A stretch of 64,000 bases of DNA. Source: Promethearchaeota archaeon (GTDB lineage: Archaea; Asgardarchaeota; Hermodarchaeia; Hermodarchaeales; Hermodarchaeaceae). The DNA lies in assembly GCA_048939245.1 (NCBI GenBank), contig JBHLPR010000007.1:74-64073 (forward strand). The letters are read 5' to 3'. The position numbers and the translations under genes are program-made. The notes beneath the pieces were generated by a model. The model had not been told where the DNA came from and made no database searches. It saw only the letters and a list, made by a program, of their open reading frames with translations. Shown in pieces: positions 19,153-27,983 of the stretch. How positions within the stretch are numbered: position 1 is the stretch's first letter; every line of letters begins with the position of its first letter.

Positions 19153-19683
19153 ATGACCGTAATTCCATATCAAGATAAGAAACCAAAAATTGCTAAGGAC
19201 GTGTATATCTCACCACGCGCCTCTGTCATTGGAGCAGCAACTATTGGGGCTCGGAGTAGTGTGTGGGAACACGCCGTTATTCGTGCGGACTATAATACCA
19301 TCTCAATCGGGACCGACTCAAGTATCCAAGATAACTGTACAGTCCATTGTGATCTCCGGTTTCCTACCATAATCGGGAACCGTGTTACCCTCGGGCATAA
19401 CTCAGTAGCCCACGGGTGTTCAATCGGGGACAACGTCCTGGTCGGTATAGGGGCTGTTCTTCTCGATGATGTTCACGTTGGACACCACTCGATTATTGGT
19501 GCTGGAAGTGTTATCACTCCAGGAAAGAAAATTCCTCCAGAAAGCCTTGTAATCGGCGTACCAGGAAAAGTAGTTCGATCCCTCACAAAAGTTGATTTAA
19601 TGGAATTAGATACTAACTGGAAAGTATACGTTGAACTTAGCCGCCGATATCTCAAACAACTCCAGCAAGTTCAGAAGAAATAA
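19153..19683 (+). CDS. Gamma-carbonic-anhydrase-like left-handed beta-helix (hexapeptide repeat) protein
   Basis: Hexapeptide repeats and family blocks (VWEHAVIRAD, IGTDSSIQDNCTVH, VTLGHNSVAHGCSIGDN). Confidence 0.85.
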   Translation: MTVIPYQDKKPKIAKDVYISPRASVIGAATIGARSSVWEHAVIRADYNTISIGTDSSIQDNCTVHCDLRFPTIIGNRVTLGHNSVAHGCSIGDNVLVGIGAVLLDDVHVGHHSIIGAGSVITPGKKIPPESLVIGVPGKVVRSLTKVDLMELDTNWKVYVELSRRYLKQLQQVQKK

Positions 19684-19822
19684 GTTGCGTACTCAACTCT
19701 GGGCATGTGTTAGGGTCTTATGCTGTTCTAAAACCAAATTATTTAATAGTGGTAAGATAATCTGCCATCAGCGTGTTGCACACCAACACCATACGGAAAG
19801 TCACACTTTGCAGGTGGAACCT

Positions 19823-20923
19823 GTGAAAATTACTGTTAGCCTAATTAAAGCAGATATTGGTAGTATTGGTGGTCACGTCCGAACCTGTGATGTGACCACT
19901 GATGTCATCTGTCAAGCCATCGATGAAGCCCACGAATCTGGACTTATAATCGACTACAAAATCTGGAATGCGGGTGACGATAGCGAGATTCTGATGACAC
20001 ACAATCGTGGCGTTGACGACGAAAAAATCCACAAACTAGCCTTCAATGCGCTAATGAAAGGTGCGGAGAATGCTAAAGAACGTGGTCTGTACGGAGCCGG
20101 ACAAGACATCCTGAAAGAAGCCTTCAGTGGAAATGTCCGTGGAATGGGTCCCGGTGTTGCAGAGATGGAGTTTGAAGAGCGTCCTTCTGAACCATTCGTG
20201 GTTTTCACTGCGGATAAAACAGCACCAGGTGCCTTCAACTATCCAATTTACCGAGTATTTGGTGACCCATTCAATACCGCAGGGTTAGTCATTGATCCGA
20301 AGATGCATGATGGATTCATTTTCGAAGTCTTTGATATCAAGAACAACAAAATGGTCAAACTGGAAACTCCTACTGAAACCTATGATTTATTGGCGCTAAT
20401 CGGTTCAACAGAAGATTATGTGATTAAACGAGTTTACTCCCGGGATAAAACCCGAGGTATTGGGGCGGTCATCTCCACTGAAAAACTCTACGCCATAGCT
20501 GGAAAATATGTTGGCAAGGATGATCCTGCTGCTATTGTTAGAGCCCAGAGTGGCTTCCCTGCCACAGGTGAAGTGCTTGAAGGGTTTGCCCTGGGGCATC
20601 TTGTCCCCGGATGGATGCGTGGTAGCCACAACGGACCGTTGATGCCGGTACCTCTCCATTACTCACAATGTACACGATTTGATGGACCCCCCCGCGTCGT
20701 TGGGCTAGCCTTCAGCATGAAAGACGGGAAATTGACTGAACCCATAGACGTCTTTGATGACCCAGCATGGGATTTGACTCGAGACCAATGCATGTACGTA
20801 GCTGATTACTTGCGACGTCACGGACCCTTTGAACCTCATCGCCTTCCTCCTTCATCCATGGAATACACAACGCTTCCCAATGTACTGAAAAAATTAAAAG
20901 ACCGCTTCAAGGCCATCAATTAG
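19823..20923 (+). CDS. fbp: Bifunctional fructose-1,6-bisphosphate aldolase/phosphatase (archaeal class V FBPase)
   Basis: N-terminus (M)KITVSLIKADIGSIGGH matches the conserved start of this family, so GTG 19823 is preferred. The track ORF from 19631 overlaps the upstream gene. Confidence 0.9.
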   Translation: MKITVSLIKADIGSIGGHVRTCDVTTDVICQAIDEAHESGLIIDYKIWNAGDDSEILMTHNRGVDDEKIHKLAFNALMKGAENAKERGLYGAGQDILKEAFSGNVRGMGPGVAEMEFEERPSEPFVVFTADKTAPGAFNYPIYRVFGDPFNTAGLVIDPKMHDGFIFEVFDIKNNKMVKLETPTETYDLLALIGSTEDYVIKRVYSRDKTRGIGAVISTEKLYAIAGKYVGKDDPAAIVRAQSGFPATGEVLEGFALGHLVPGWMRGSHNGPLMPVPLHYSQCTRFDGPPRVVGLAFSMKDGKLTEPIDVFDDPAWDLTRDQCMYVADYLRRHGPFEPHRLPPSSMEYTTLPNVLKKLKDRFKAIN

Positions 20924-20982
20924 CATATTGTCCTCATTCAATCGGGAACTATAACTGTAGTCAATGTTACTGGATTATTTCC

Positions 20983-21141
20983 TCAAGCACTTGTCTCCTC
21001 ACTGTGCTTAGGAGCAGTAATACCAAGAAGGTAGGCTAAAGTGGGAACCACATCAATAAACTTAGCAGAATCTGTTTTTTCTAGATTATCGAAGTTCTCC
21101 TTTCTTTCCACTAGCCCCTGGGCATCAGATGCTGTTTTAAA
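20983..21141 (-). pseudogene. Possible C-terminal remnant of an alkaline-phosphatase-superfamily (phosphodiesterase/sulfatase-like) gene
   Basis: 53-codon open frame with no ATG, preceded by TAG, reading FKTASDAQGLVERKENFDNLEKTDSAKFIDVVPTLAYLLGITAPKHSEETSA. The DVVPTLAYLLGI block resembles the C-terminal motif of that superfamily. Lies directly downstream of the tRNA 3' end. Confidence 0.25.
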
Positions 21142-21164
21142 CTACAGCCTAATTTGAGAAGTAG

Positions 21165-21240
21165 TGGCGGGCCCGCAGGGATTTGAACCCCGGATCTACA
21201 GGTCCGAAGCCTGTCGCCGTATCCACTTGGCCACGGGCCC
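21165..21240 (-). tRNA. tRNA-Arg (anticodon UCG), 76 nt with encoded CCA
   Basis: The reverse complement folds by hand into a cloverleaf. Acceptor GGGCCCG/CGGGCCC, D arm GCC-AAGTGGATA-GGC, anticodon stem ACAGG/CCTGT with loop CTTCGGA (TCG at 34-36), T arm CGGGG-TTCAAAT-CCCTG, discriminator G, CCA. Confidence 0.9.
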
Positions 21241-21272
21241 ATAATAGAGACAGGCGAGTTACGATTCGCCCT

Positions 21273-21280
21273 ATTTTAAC
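21273..21280 (-). promoter_or_regulatory. TATA-like element upstream of tRNA-Arg
   Basis: TTAAAATA on the minus strand, 33-40 nt upstream of the tRNA 5' end, within the 134-nt region shared with argS. Confidence 0.3.
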
Positions 21281-21374
21281 CGTTTCGTTTCGCTTTTTGA
21301 TGTTTCTAACCAAATCGGAAGGCGACGAAAGAGAAAAAAGGCTGACTCTGTGTACTCTCAACAGGAAAAGGACA

Positions 21375-23246
21375 ATGGTGAACATTGAAAACCCTTGGGC
21401 AGAATTCAAAAACCAGGTCACCGAAGCTCTTCGCTTATCGAGTGGTCAAGATCTTAGTCAATTCTTGGAAGTACCTGCAGACGCCCACCATGGTGATTTA
21501 GCTTGCACCGCTGCATTTCATCTCGCTCAAAAACTGAAAAAAAGTCCTTCAGAAATCGCCAAAGAACTTGCAATATTTGATCCTAGTCGGTTCCCTATGA
21601 TTGAACAAGTTGTTGCACACGGTCCGTATGTTAATTTTTACATCAACATTATTCCATATCGGCGTTTGGTTTTCGACGCTATCGCAAAGAATTCGGGTTC
21701 TTATGGGAACTCTACGCTATTCACTGGAAAACATGTAGTCGTTGAATACCCCGCTGTAAATCCAAACAATCCCCTACATATCGGCCATGCTCGAAACGCA
21801 GTCTTAGGGGATACTACCGCTCGAATCTTGGAGGCTGTCGGTTATGATGTCACACGAATGGACTACATCAATGACTTGGGATTACAAATTGCTGTAGCCT
21901 ATTGGGCACTAAAAAATCTAGATGCTAAACAATACAAAGGCAAATACGACCAGATTATCGGTCGCCTTTATGTAGAAGCCCAAGAAAAGTACGATGAATC
22001 GGAAGTACGACGATTCCTGAAGCTCATGGAACAAGGCAATAACAAAACTGCTACTGAAGTCCGAAAAATGTCAGAACGCGTTCTCCGCGCACACCATAAA
22101 ACCCATAATCAGCTAAATGTCCACCATGACCTCCTAGTCTGGGAAAGTAATATTGCTCATTCAGGGCTTTTTGCGGAAGCCCTAGAAAAAATCCTTGAGG
22201 CCCCCATGATATCACAACCCCAAACAGGTGAGAAGGCAGGTTGTGTCATCGTAGATCTGAGCGCCTATGAAGAATTCCAACAATTAAAGGACACCGAGAA
22301 AGTATTAGTGCGCTCCGACGGCGTCGCAACATATACAGGAAAAGATATCGCTTTTCATTTCTGGAAATTTGGTATCATTGAAGATCCTTTCAAGTACAAG
22401 CCCTTTCAAAGTCCAAAGAGCAAGGAAGATTCCTTGTGGACAACCACGCAACGGGGAGAACCTGGTCATTATCAACCTGCAGACATAATTTACAATGTCA
22501 TCGGAATGGCTCAAAGTCAAGCACAACGCACCGTCTATCTGACTCTGAAGACTCTAGGTTATGAAAACGCTTCTAACAACTACTATCATCTCGCATACGA
22601 ATTCGTAAACCTTCCAGAAGCTCGATTCTCGGGACGAAAAGGAACGTGGATTGGATTTAGTACTGACGCAGTAATCCGTGAAGCTACACGACGTGCAAGG
22701 AAAGAAGTGAAAAAACGCAATCCATCTGCTGACAGGAAATTCCTCCGGGAGGTAGCTGAAGCCATCGGATCCGCGGCAGTTAGATATTCTTTGATCAAAG
22801 TCGCTGTGGAAAAACAGATTGTCTTCAAATGGGAGGATATGCTCAACTTTGATGGAAACGCAGCACCTTATTTGATGTACACCCATGCACGCGCAAGCTC
22901 CATTCTTCGTAAAGAAGAAGCCCCACGAAAGGCGCGAATTAGTGTATTAACGCGCCCCTTTGAAACCGAACTCATAAAGCTTCTCGGTCGCTTTCCCGCA
23001 ATTGTCCTCGAAATCATTCAAGGTATAAAACGTGAAGTCTGGGGAACACGCATCGAACTCTTCCATCTTGCAGAATATGCTTTTGAGCTCTGCGTCTCTT
23101 TCAACTCATTTTACAATCATTGCCCAGTCCTCAAAGCGGAAACAGCTGCCCTCAAAAAAGCACGACTTGTACTTGTCGCACATTGCAGACTAGTACTATC
23201 CAATGTACTCGATCTTTTGGGAATCCGCCCGTTAGAACGCATTTAG
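21375..23246 (+). CDS. argS: Arginyl-tRNA synthetase
   Basis: Class I signatures: HIGH-like PLHIGHARN, an Arg-tRNA-synthetase N-domain and a DALR-type anticodon-binding C-terminus ending in ...LLGIRPLERI. ATG 21375. The track extension back to 21183 runs antisense through the tRNA. Confidence 0.9.
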   Translation: MVNIENPWAEFKNQVTEALRLSSGQDLSQFLEVPADAHHGDLACTAAFHLAQKLKKSPSEIAKELAIFDPSRFPMIEQVVAHGPYVNFYINIIPYRRLVFDAIAKNSGSYGNSTLFTGKHVVVEYPAVNPNNPLHIGHARNAVLGDTTARILEAVGYDVTRMDYINDLGLQIAVAYWALKNLDAKQYKGKYDQIIGRLYVEAQEKYDESEVRRFLKLMEQGNNKTATEVRKMSERVLRAHHKTHNQLNVHHDLLVWESNIAHSGLFAEALEKILEAPMISQPQTGEKAGCVIVDLSAYEEFQQLKDTEKVLVRSDGVATYTGKDIAFHFWKFGIIEDPFKYKPFQSPKSKEDSLWTTTQRGEPGHYQPADIIYNVIGMAQSQAQRTVYLTLKTLGYENASNNYYHLAYEFVNLPEARFSGRKGTWIGFSTDAVIREATRRARKEVKKRNPSADRKFLREVAEAIGSAAVRYSLIKVAVEKQIVFKWEDMLNFDGNAAPYLMYTHARASSILRKEEAPRKARISVLTRPFETELIKLLGRFPAIVLEIIQGIKREVWGTRIELFHLAEYAFELCVSFNSFYNHCPVLKAETAALKKARLVLVAHCRLVLSNVLDLLGIRPLERI

Positions 23247-23362
23247 CTAAGCTCATAATCAGACAAACTAGTCTTGAATGGTAAGAGATTTATATTACTA
23301 TTTGCACTAATTATCTCAATCAACGAGAACAACAAGCTCGTTCTAATGGAGGTTAATTCCTT

Positions 23363-24304
23363 TTGAAAATAAATTATTGTCACTGGGAGCCCGACAAAGG
23401 ACTGGAAGATATTCAAGCGAAAATCTATTCGGAAGCTTCTGGGCTCCCTGTAAGAGCTGAACAAATTCGGGCTCGTAATATGAGCCGCGATCCCAAAATG
23501 ACTCGATACGCATTGACTGAGGCAGGTGCACCTCTCGCCTATATTACATCACGGGATTCAAGTTCTGAGCGAGGACGAACTTACATCGGATATCCTTGGA
23601 CCATGCCTAATGTGCCTGTTGAGGTCCAAGAGACGTTGTTTAATGAATTATTTGCATTCTTGGAAAAGCGAAAAGAGACAAAGGAAATCGCCACAACGGT
23701 GGTCCTTACAGCCAAGATTGCTGATAAGCAATTTGCTTACTGGGAGAAAAAGGGCTTTGTCGAAGACGAAAGACTCTACCGATATAATCTCGATTTCGAT
23801 ATCGATGAAATAAACAAGTGGAAGTTAGGCACCACGCTTAACGCGTTAGATAGTCGAGTAGCAACATCAAAGGATCTGAAACACCTGTATGAGCTGTCAC
23901 AAGTTGATCCCTTGCTTGCCGGAGAATTCAGTACGGAAGAAGCTCGAGAGAGCTATTTCAAAAATCGCGTACTCAAGGATGGCCATGCAGTAATTCTCTT
24001 TGATAAAAGACAACCTGTCGCAGCCAGCGCTCCACTTCGCATAGAACCCGACCAACTCTTCCTCATCGGAGATGAACCACGAGTCCTGATGCGATTTACA
24101 GCTATCCGACCCGGATACCAGTATGCCTGGAAGCGCTTAGTATATGAAATCGCCAAAGAAACAAAGTCTGCAGGATGGAGCGATATTCCCCTACGTTCCA
24201 CCTTCCACTTCACCACCAACGCGCCAGTCGCCATAAACTTTGCAGAGATGCGCCCTGAACTTGAGATGTTTGAAGTCATACTCAAGAAACCGCTAACCAC
24301 TTGA
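23363..24304 (+). CDS. Hypothetical protein, possibly tandem GNAT-like acyl-CoA N-acyltransferase fold
   Basis: 313-aa ORF with a TTG start. Weak GNAT-like blocks (FAYWEKKGFVEDERLYRY). Product uncertain. Confidence 0.45.
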   Translation: MKINYCHWEPDKGLEDIQAKIYSEASGLPVRAEQIRARNMSRDPKMTRYALTEAGAPLAYITSRDSSSERGRTYIGYPWTMPNVPVEVQETLFNELFAFLEKRKETKEIATTVVLTAKIADKQFAYWEKKGFVEDERLYRYNLDFDIDEINKWKLGTTLNALDSRVATSKDLKHLYELSQVDPLLAGEFSTEEARESYFKNRVLKDGHAVILFDKRQPVAASAPLRIEPDQLFLIGDEPRVLMRFTAIRPGYQYAWKRLVYEIAKETKSAGWSDIPLRSTFHFTTNAPVAINFAEMRPELEMFEVILKKPLTT

Positions 24305-25182
24305 TACTAAAAAACGGGCTGAAAACTTTGAAGCCAACAGTGGCCATCGTGGATACTGATTCCTTTCCCCAAGCCATTGAAATAATCGGTGGCTTGAACG
24401 ATCTCAATACACCGAATCGAAGAGTAATCGTCAAAGTGGGGATCTACAACCCAAAGACAGGTATTTGTACGACTGTAAAAACACTCAACTCCATCATCAG
24501 CGTATTTGATCATGCCCCAGAAATCCTCGTCGCTGAATCAGACAGCGGAGCTGGTCCCGGGCAAATACGATTAGAGGTCTGGAACGAATGTTATACCGAA
24601 AAGGCAGTCCCATTCAATCTCTCCACCGATGAACACACCCAACCGGTCACTATCGCCGGTGAAGAAATCCCTTTTTCCCAAACCCTCTTGGACCATAAAA
24701 CTTTCGTCAGCACACATGTCCCCCGCCGCTACGAAAACGCAGGTCTTGATGATCTGATGAACATGGGGTTTGTAATCAAGAATTTGCTAGGATTAGTTTT
24801 AGACATAAATAAGCACCGATTCCATGACCAACTGGCTACTGCTCTCATCGACATGTATGAAGCGGCAGGGGGCATTGACCTAGCCGTCATAGATGCGACG
24901 CATGCTTTTCTTGGCTGGAAGAAAGAACGGATCACCTTGTCTCCCGAACTACTCCTCGTCGGAAAAGATGCGTTCGCAGTAGAAGCAGTTGGGATGCATA
25001 TGATGGGATTTAATCCAACCGATATGCCCGTTTTACAAGAAGCTCGAAAACGAGGATTAGGGGAAATCAACATTGATAACATCAATATCGTAGGAGATAT
25101 CCACATTCCCAGGCAGCTTATTATCAAAGCGTTTAGCAAAATGATACCAAAGGCTGTTAGAAAAGAATACGGGTGGGAATGA
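24301..25182 (+). CDS. DUF362 domain protein
   Basis: The start overlaps the upstream stop by 4 nt. Blocks VIVKVGIYNPKTG, VAESDSGAG and LAVIDATHAF resemble DUF362. Confidence 0.6.
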   Translation: MILKNGLKTLKPTVAIVDTDSFPQAIEIIGGLNDLNTPNRRVIVKVGIYNPKTGICTTVKTLNSIISVFDHAPEILVAESDSGAGPGQIRLEVWNECYTEKAVPFNLSTDEHTQPVTIAGEEIPFSQTLLDHKTFVSTHVPRRYENAGLDDLMNMGFVIKNLLGLVLDINKHRFHDQLATALIDMYEAAGGIDLAVIDATHAFLGWKKERITLSPELLLVGKDAFAVEAVGMHMMGFNPTDMPVLQEARKRGLGEINIDNINIVGDIHIPRQLIIKAFSKMIPKAVRKEYGWE

Positions 25183-25190
25183 ACGAAATG

Positions 25191-25772
25191 CTATTCCCAA
25201 TCGTCAAAGGCTTTGAGTTTCTCTGCGAAGCCTTTCTCAAGTTTTGATAGCTTTGGTGGAATAACCGCTTTGGCATAGGCTTGGTTCGGATTTCGGGCAA
25301 AGAAATTCTGGTGATATTTCTCGGCTTTATAGAATGCTGTGAAAGGTTCGATGGTTGTCACAATGGGCTTAGAATACTTACCCAATTTATCGAGTTCCTG
25401 AATCAGCTTCTCGGTAACCTGCTTTTGATTTTCATCATGATAGAAGACCACTGAGCGGTACTGGGTGCCAACATCGTTGCCCTGGCGATTCAGTGTTGTT
25501 GGATCATGAGTGGCAAAGAAAACCTCAAGAAGCTCACGGAAACTGATAAGGGTCGGATCAAAGGTGATTTGAATTACTTCAACGTGACCTGTTCGACCTG
25601 TACTCACTTGTTCGTATGTGGCGGTTTCTGCGGATCCGCCCGAATATCCGGATTCAACTTTATAGACTCCTTTGAGTCGTAGAAAGACAGCTTCTGTACA
25701 CCAGAAACATCCCCCACCCAATGTCGCTTGTTCCACGTTGTGAGTCTCTTCAGATTTTATTTCATTATTCAT
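25191..25772 (-). CDS. msrA: Peptide-methionine (S)-S-oxide reductase
   Basis: Active-site motif GGGCFWCTEAVF and conserved GHVEVIQITFDP and GNDVGTQYRS blocks. Confidence 0.9.
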   Translation of the reverse strand: MNNEIKSEETHNVEQATLGGGCFWCTEAVFLRLKGVYKVESGYSGGSAETATYEQVSTGRTGHVEVIQITFDPTLISFRELLEVFFATHDPTTLNRQGNDVGTQYRSVVFYHDENQKQVTEKLIQELDKLGKYSKPIVTTIEPFTAFYKAEKYHQNFFARNPNQAYAKAVIPPKLSKLEKGFAEKLKAFDDWE

Positions 25773-25834
25773 ACTTCATTTGCAAGAATTCATGCTTCAA
25801 AAACCCAGTGAATAAACGAGGTCCATCGGAGTGC

Positions 25835-27157
25835 TTAGTCTTCTTTGGGGAACTTTTTGAAGACATCTTCGAGGGTGGGTTTCCCGATTTCTTGGAGCTC
25901 ATAGCGCACTCGAACTGAAGGTTTGTTAATTTTGACGACGCGCCCCAAATCAATAGGGGTACCTATGACCACCACTTCTGCATCGACTGCATTAATGGTC
26001 TTCTCCAGCTCTTTGACCTGTTCTGCCCCATAACCCATAGCGGGGAGAATTTCACTCAGGTGGCCGTACTTCTCAAAGGTTCTTTTAATCGATCCCACCG
26101 CAAAGGGGCGTGGATCGATGATTTCGGCAGCACCAAACTTATCTGCGGCGACCCATCCTGCACCGATTTCCATTTCACCATGCGTCAAGGTAGGACCATC
26201 TTCGATGACTAGAGCACGTTTGCCACGAATCGCTTCAGGGTTGTCAACAAAAAGGGGCGAAGCGGCATCAATGATTATGGCGCGTGGATTTACCGCCCGG
26301 ATGGTTCGTCGGACTTGTTCTACGCATTCGGGTTCAGCAGTATCGATCTTGTTGATAATAACTACATCTGCCATGCGCAAATTGGTCTCACCTGGATGGT
26401 ACATGACTTCATGACCTGCACGATGGGGATCAGCAATTACAATATGAATATCAGCTACATAGAATGGAAAGTCATTGTTACCCCCGTCAAAGACAATCAC
26501 ATCGGCTTCCTTTTCAGCTTCTTCAAGGATTTTTCCATAATCGACGCCCGCGTAAACCACTGCACCTCGGTCTATGTGAGGCTCATATTCCTCCATCTCT
26601 TCGATGGTGGTTTTGTATTTCTTGAGGTCCGCAAGGGTTTCAAACCGTTGGCATACCTGCTCCGCTAAATCACCGTATGGCATGGGGTGACGAATCACAA
26701 CCACTTTCAATCCTTTCTTTCTGAGAATCTCAACAACTCGCCGGCTCGTTTGACTTTTTCCAGCACCCGTTCGAACAGCACAAATCGCTACGACTGGCTT
26801 CTTACTTTTCAACATCGTCGTAGTGGGACCCATTAATCGAAAATCTGCACCTATCGAGTGGACCCAAGACGCTAAATGCATTACATCAAGATGAGCCACG
26901 TCACTATAGGCAAAGATGACCTGCTCAATATCATGCTCTTTTACCAGAGCCGGTAGAATCTCCTCAGGATAAATCGGAATTCCCTTTGGATAAAGTTTCC
27001 CCGCAAGAACAGGAGGATAAATCCGATCTTCGATACCAGGGATTTGTGTTGCAGTAAAAGCAACTACTTCATATTCTTCGTTATCTCGGAAATAGACATT
27101 GAAATTATGAAAATCACGGCCTGCTGCACCCATTATAATAACTCGCGTTCGTGCCAT
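25835..27157 (-). CDS. COG2403-family P-loop protein (usually annotated GTPase / cyclic 2,3-diphosphoglycerate synthetase-like)
   Basis: N-terminus IIMGAAGRDFHNFNVYFRDN, P-loop RTGAGKSQTS, then RHPMPYGDL, GGNNDFPF and EDGPTLTHGEM. True activity cannot be told from sequence. Confidence 0.8.
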   Translation of the reverse strand: MARTRVIIMGAAGRDFHNFNVYFRDNEEYEVVAFTATQIPGIEDRIYPPVLAGKLYPKGIPIYPEEILPALVKEHDIEQVIFAYSDVAHLDVMHLASWVHSIGADFRLMGPTTTMLKSKKPVVAICAVRTGAGKSQTSRRVVEILRKKGLKVVVIRHPMPYGDLAEQVCQRFETLADLKKYKTTIEEMEEYEPHIDRGAVVYAGVDYGKILEEAEKEADVIVFDGGNNDFPFYVADIHIVIADPHRAGHEVMYHPGETNLRMADVVIINKIDTAEPECVEQVRRTIRAVNPRAIIIDAASPLFVDNPEAIRGKRALVIEDGPTLTHGEMEIGAGWVAADKFGAAEIIDPRPFAVGSIKRTFEKYGHLSEILPAMGYGAEQVKELEKTINAVDAEVVVIGTPIDLGRVVKINKPSVRVRYELQEIGKPTLEDVFKKFPKED

Positions 27158-27385
27158 AATGAACTACACATCCAGTAATGGGCACGGGTGTTCCTCTCCA
27201 GTAAAAGCATTACGTTTCATCAGAAAGATACGAATTCCTATTAATTCAGATACAAGGCTGGGGACAGATACTAATTTGATAATTCGCTGGCTACGACTGA
27301 GGTTTACAAATTAAAAAGATGTCTTAGTAAGGTTGAGGGGCTGTAGAATGTTTGTTCGAAAAAAATTCCCTCCCTAGCTATTCTA

Positions 27386-27718
27386 TTAAAAATCTTCTTT
27401 TTTTATTCTATAATCGTGGCATTCGTAGTCTATTTCTATAAAAAGAAAAGAAGAGTTTTCAAATCCTTTAGATTTGGTAAAAGATGTCATAATGACTCCA
27501 TCCAGAAAACGCTTTGGCGCCTTAAAAATCGCGTTTTGGGTGGGATTGCGCCTTCCTGAATGCACTTTTTCAAGTGAAAAACCAACCGATAACAAATAAA
27601 AGTCGCCATTTCCCAGCTCATAGCTAGTGAGGAGATGTTCCATGCGGGGTAAAAATGGACAAGGTTTCCTCCTTGTTGCGGTAAGGCTAATCAAGTTCCT
27701 CATCGCACCTTTTCTCAA
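27386..27718 (-). CDS. Doubtful hypothetical ORF in the long psmA-upstream gap
   Basis: The only ORF above 60 aa in an 826-nt gap. No recognisable motif, atypical composition, and several possible starts. Confidence 0.2.
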   Translation of the reverse strand: MRKGAMRNLISLTATRRKPCPFLPRMEHLLTSYELGNGDFYLLSVGFSLEKVHSGRRNPTQNAIFKAPKRFLDGVIMTSFTKSKGFENSSFLFIEIDYECHDYRIKKEDF

Positions 27719-27934
27719 AAGGTAGGGATGAGGTAATCCTCTTACCTATGGGATGAAGTTTTTTTCTCTCACAGGGGCTTTATCCCATGTACCTCTTTTT
27801 ATTCGATTAAGTTCAGACCTTTTATCAAATCCAACTAGGTCTGTCCCTTTACAAAGAAATGTGAAACTGGTGACCAGCTAGTTTTTCGAAAAGATAATCA
27901 AGTAGAGACCGGTTCATTGATGATAGAGACAAAC

Positions 27935-27942
27935 TTTTATAA
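27935..27942 (+). promoter_or_regulatory. TATA-box-like element upstream of psmA
   Basis: TTTTATAA lies 42-49 nt upstream of ATG 27984. Positional argument only. Confidence 0.3.
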
Positions 27943-27983
27943 CTCCGCACAGTGAACGTGCTTCTACCAGAGGTCGAACTGCA

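Noticed and set aside
19631-19822. Upstream extension of the FBP aldolase/phosphatase ORF
   Set aside because: It overlaps the end of the hexapeptide-repeat gene and has no family-like sequence. The conserved family N-terminus (M)KITVSLIKADIGS starts at GTG 19823.
21183-21374. N-terminal 64-codon extension of the argS ORF in the six-frame track
   Set aside because: It runs antisense straight through the tRNA-Arg gene and its promoter region. The conserved ArgRS N-terminus begins at ATG 21375.
20924-21374. Integrated mobile element at tRNA-Arg
   Set aside because: No integrase, no visible direct repeat of the tRNA 3' half in the window, and core metabolic genes on both sides. Only the short gene remnant is reported.
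25835-27157. Calling the COG2403-family gene a cyclic 2,3-diphosphoglycerate synthetase
   Set aside because: Family membership is clear, but the specific activity cannot be distinguished from the generic P-loop GTPase annotation by sequence reading.
27720-27800. Short near-repeat (GGGATGAGG/GGGATGAAG) and 7-bp inverted pair as a structured RNA or repeat element
   Set aside because: It is too short and imperfect to support an RNA gene or repeat call by eye. It is kept only as part of the long-gap finding.
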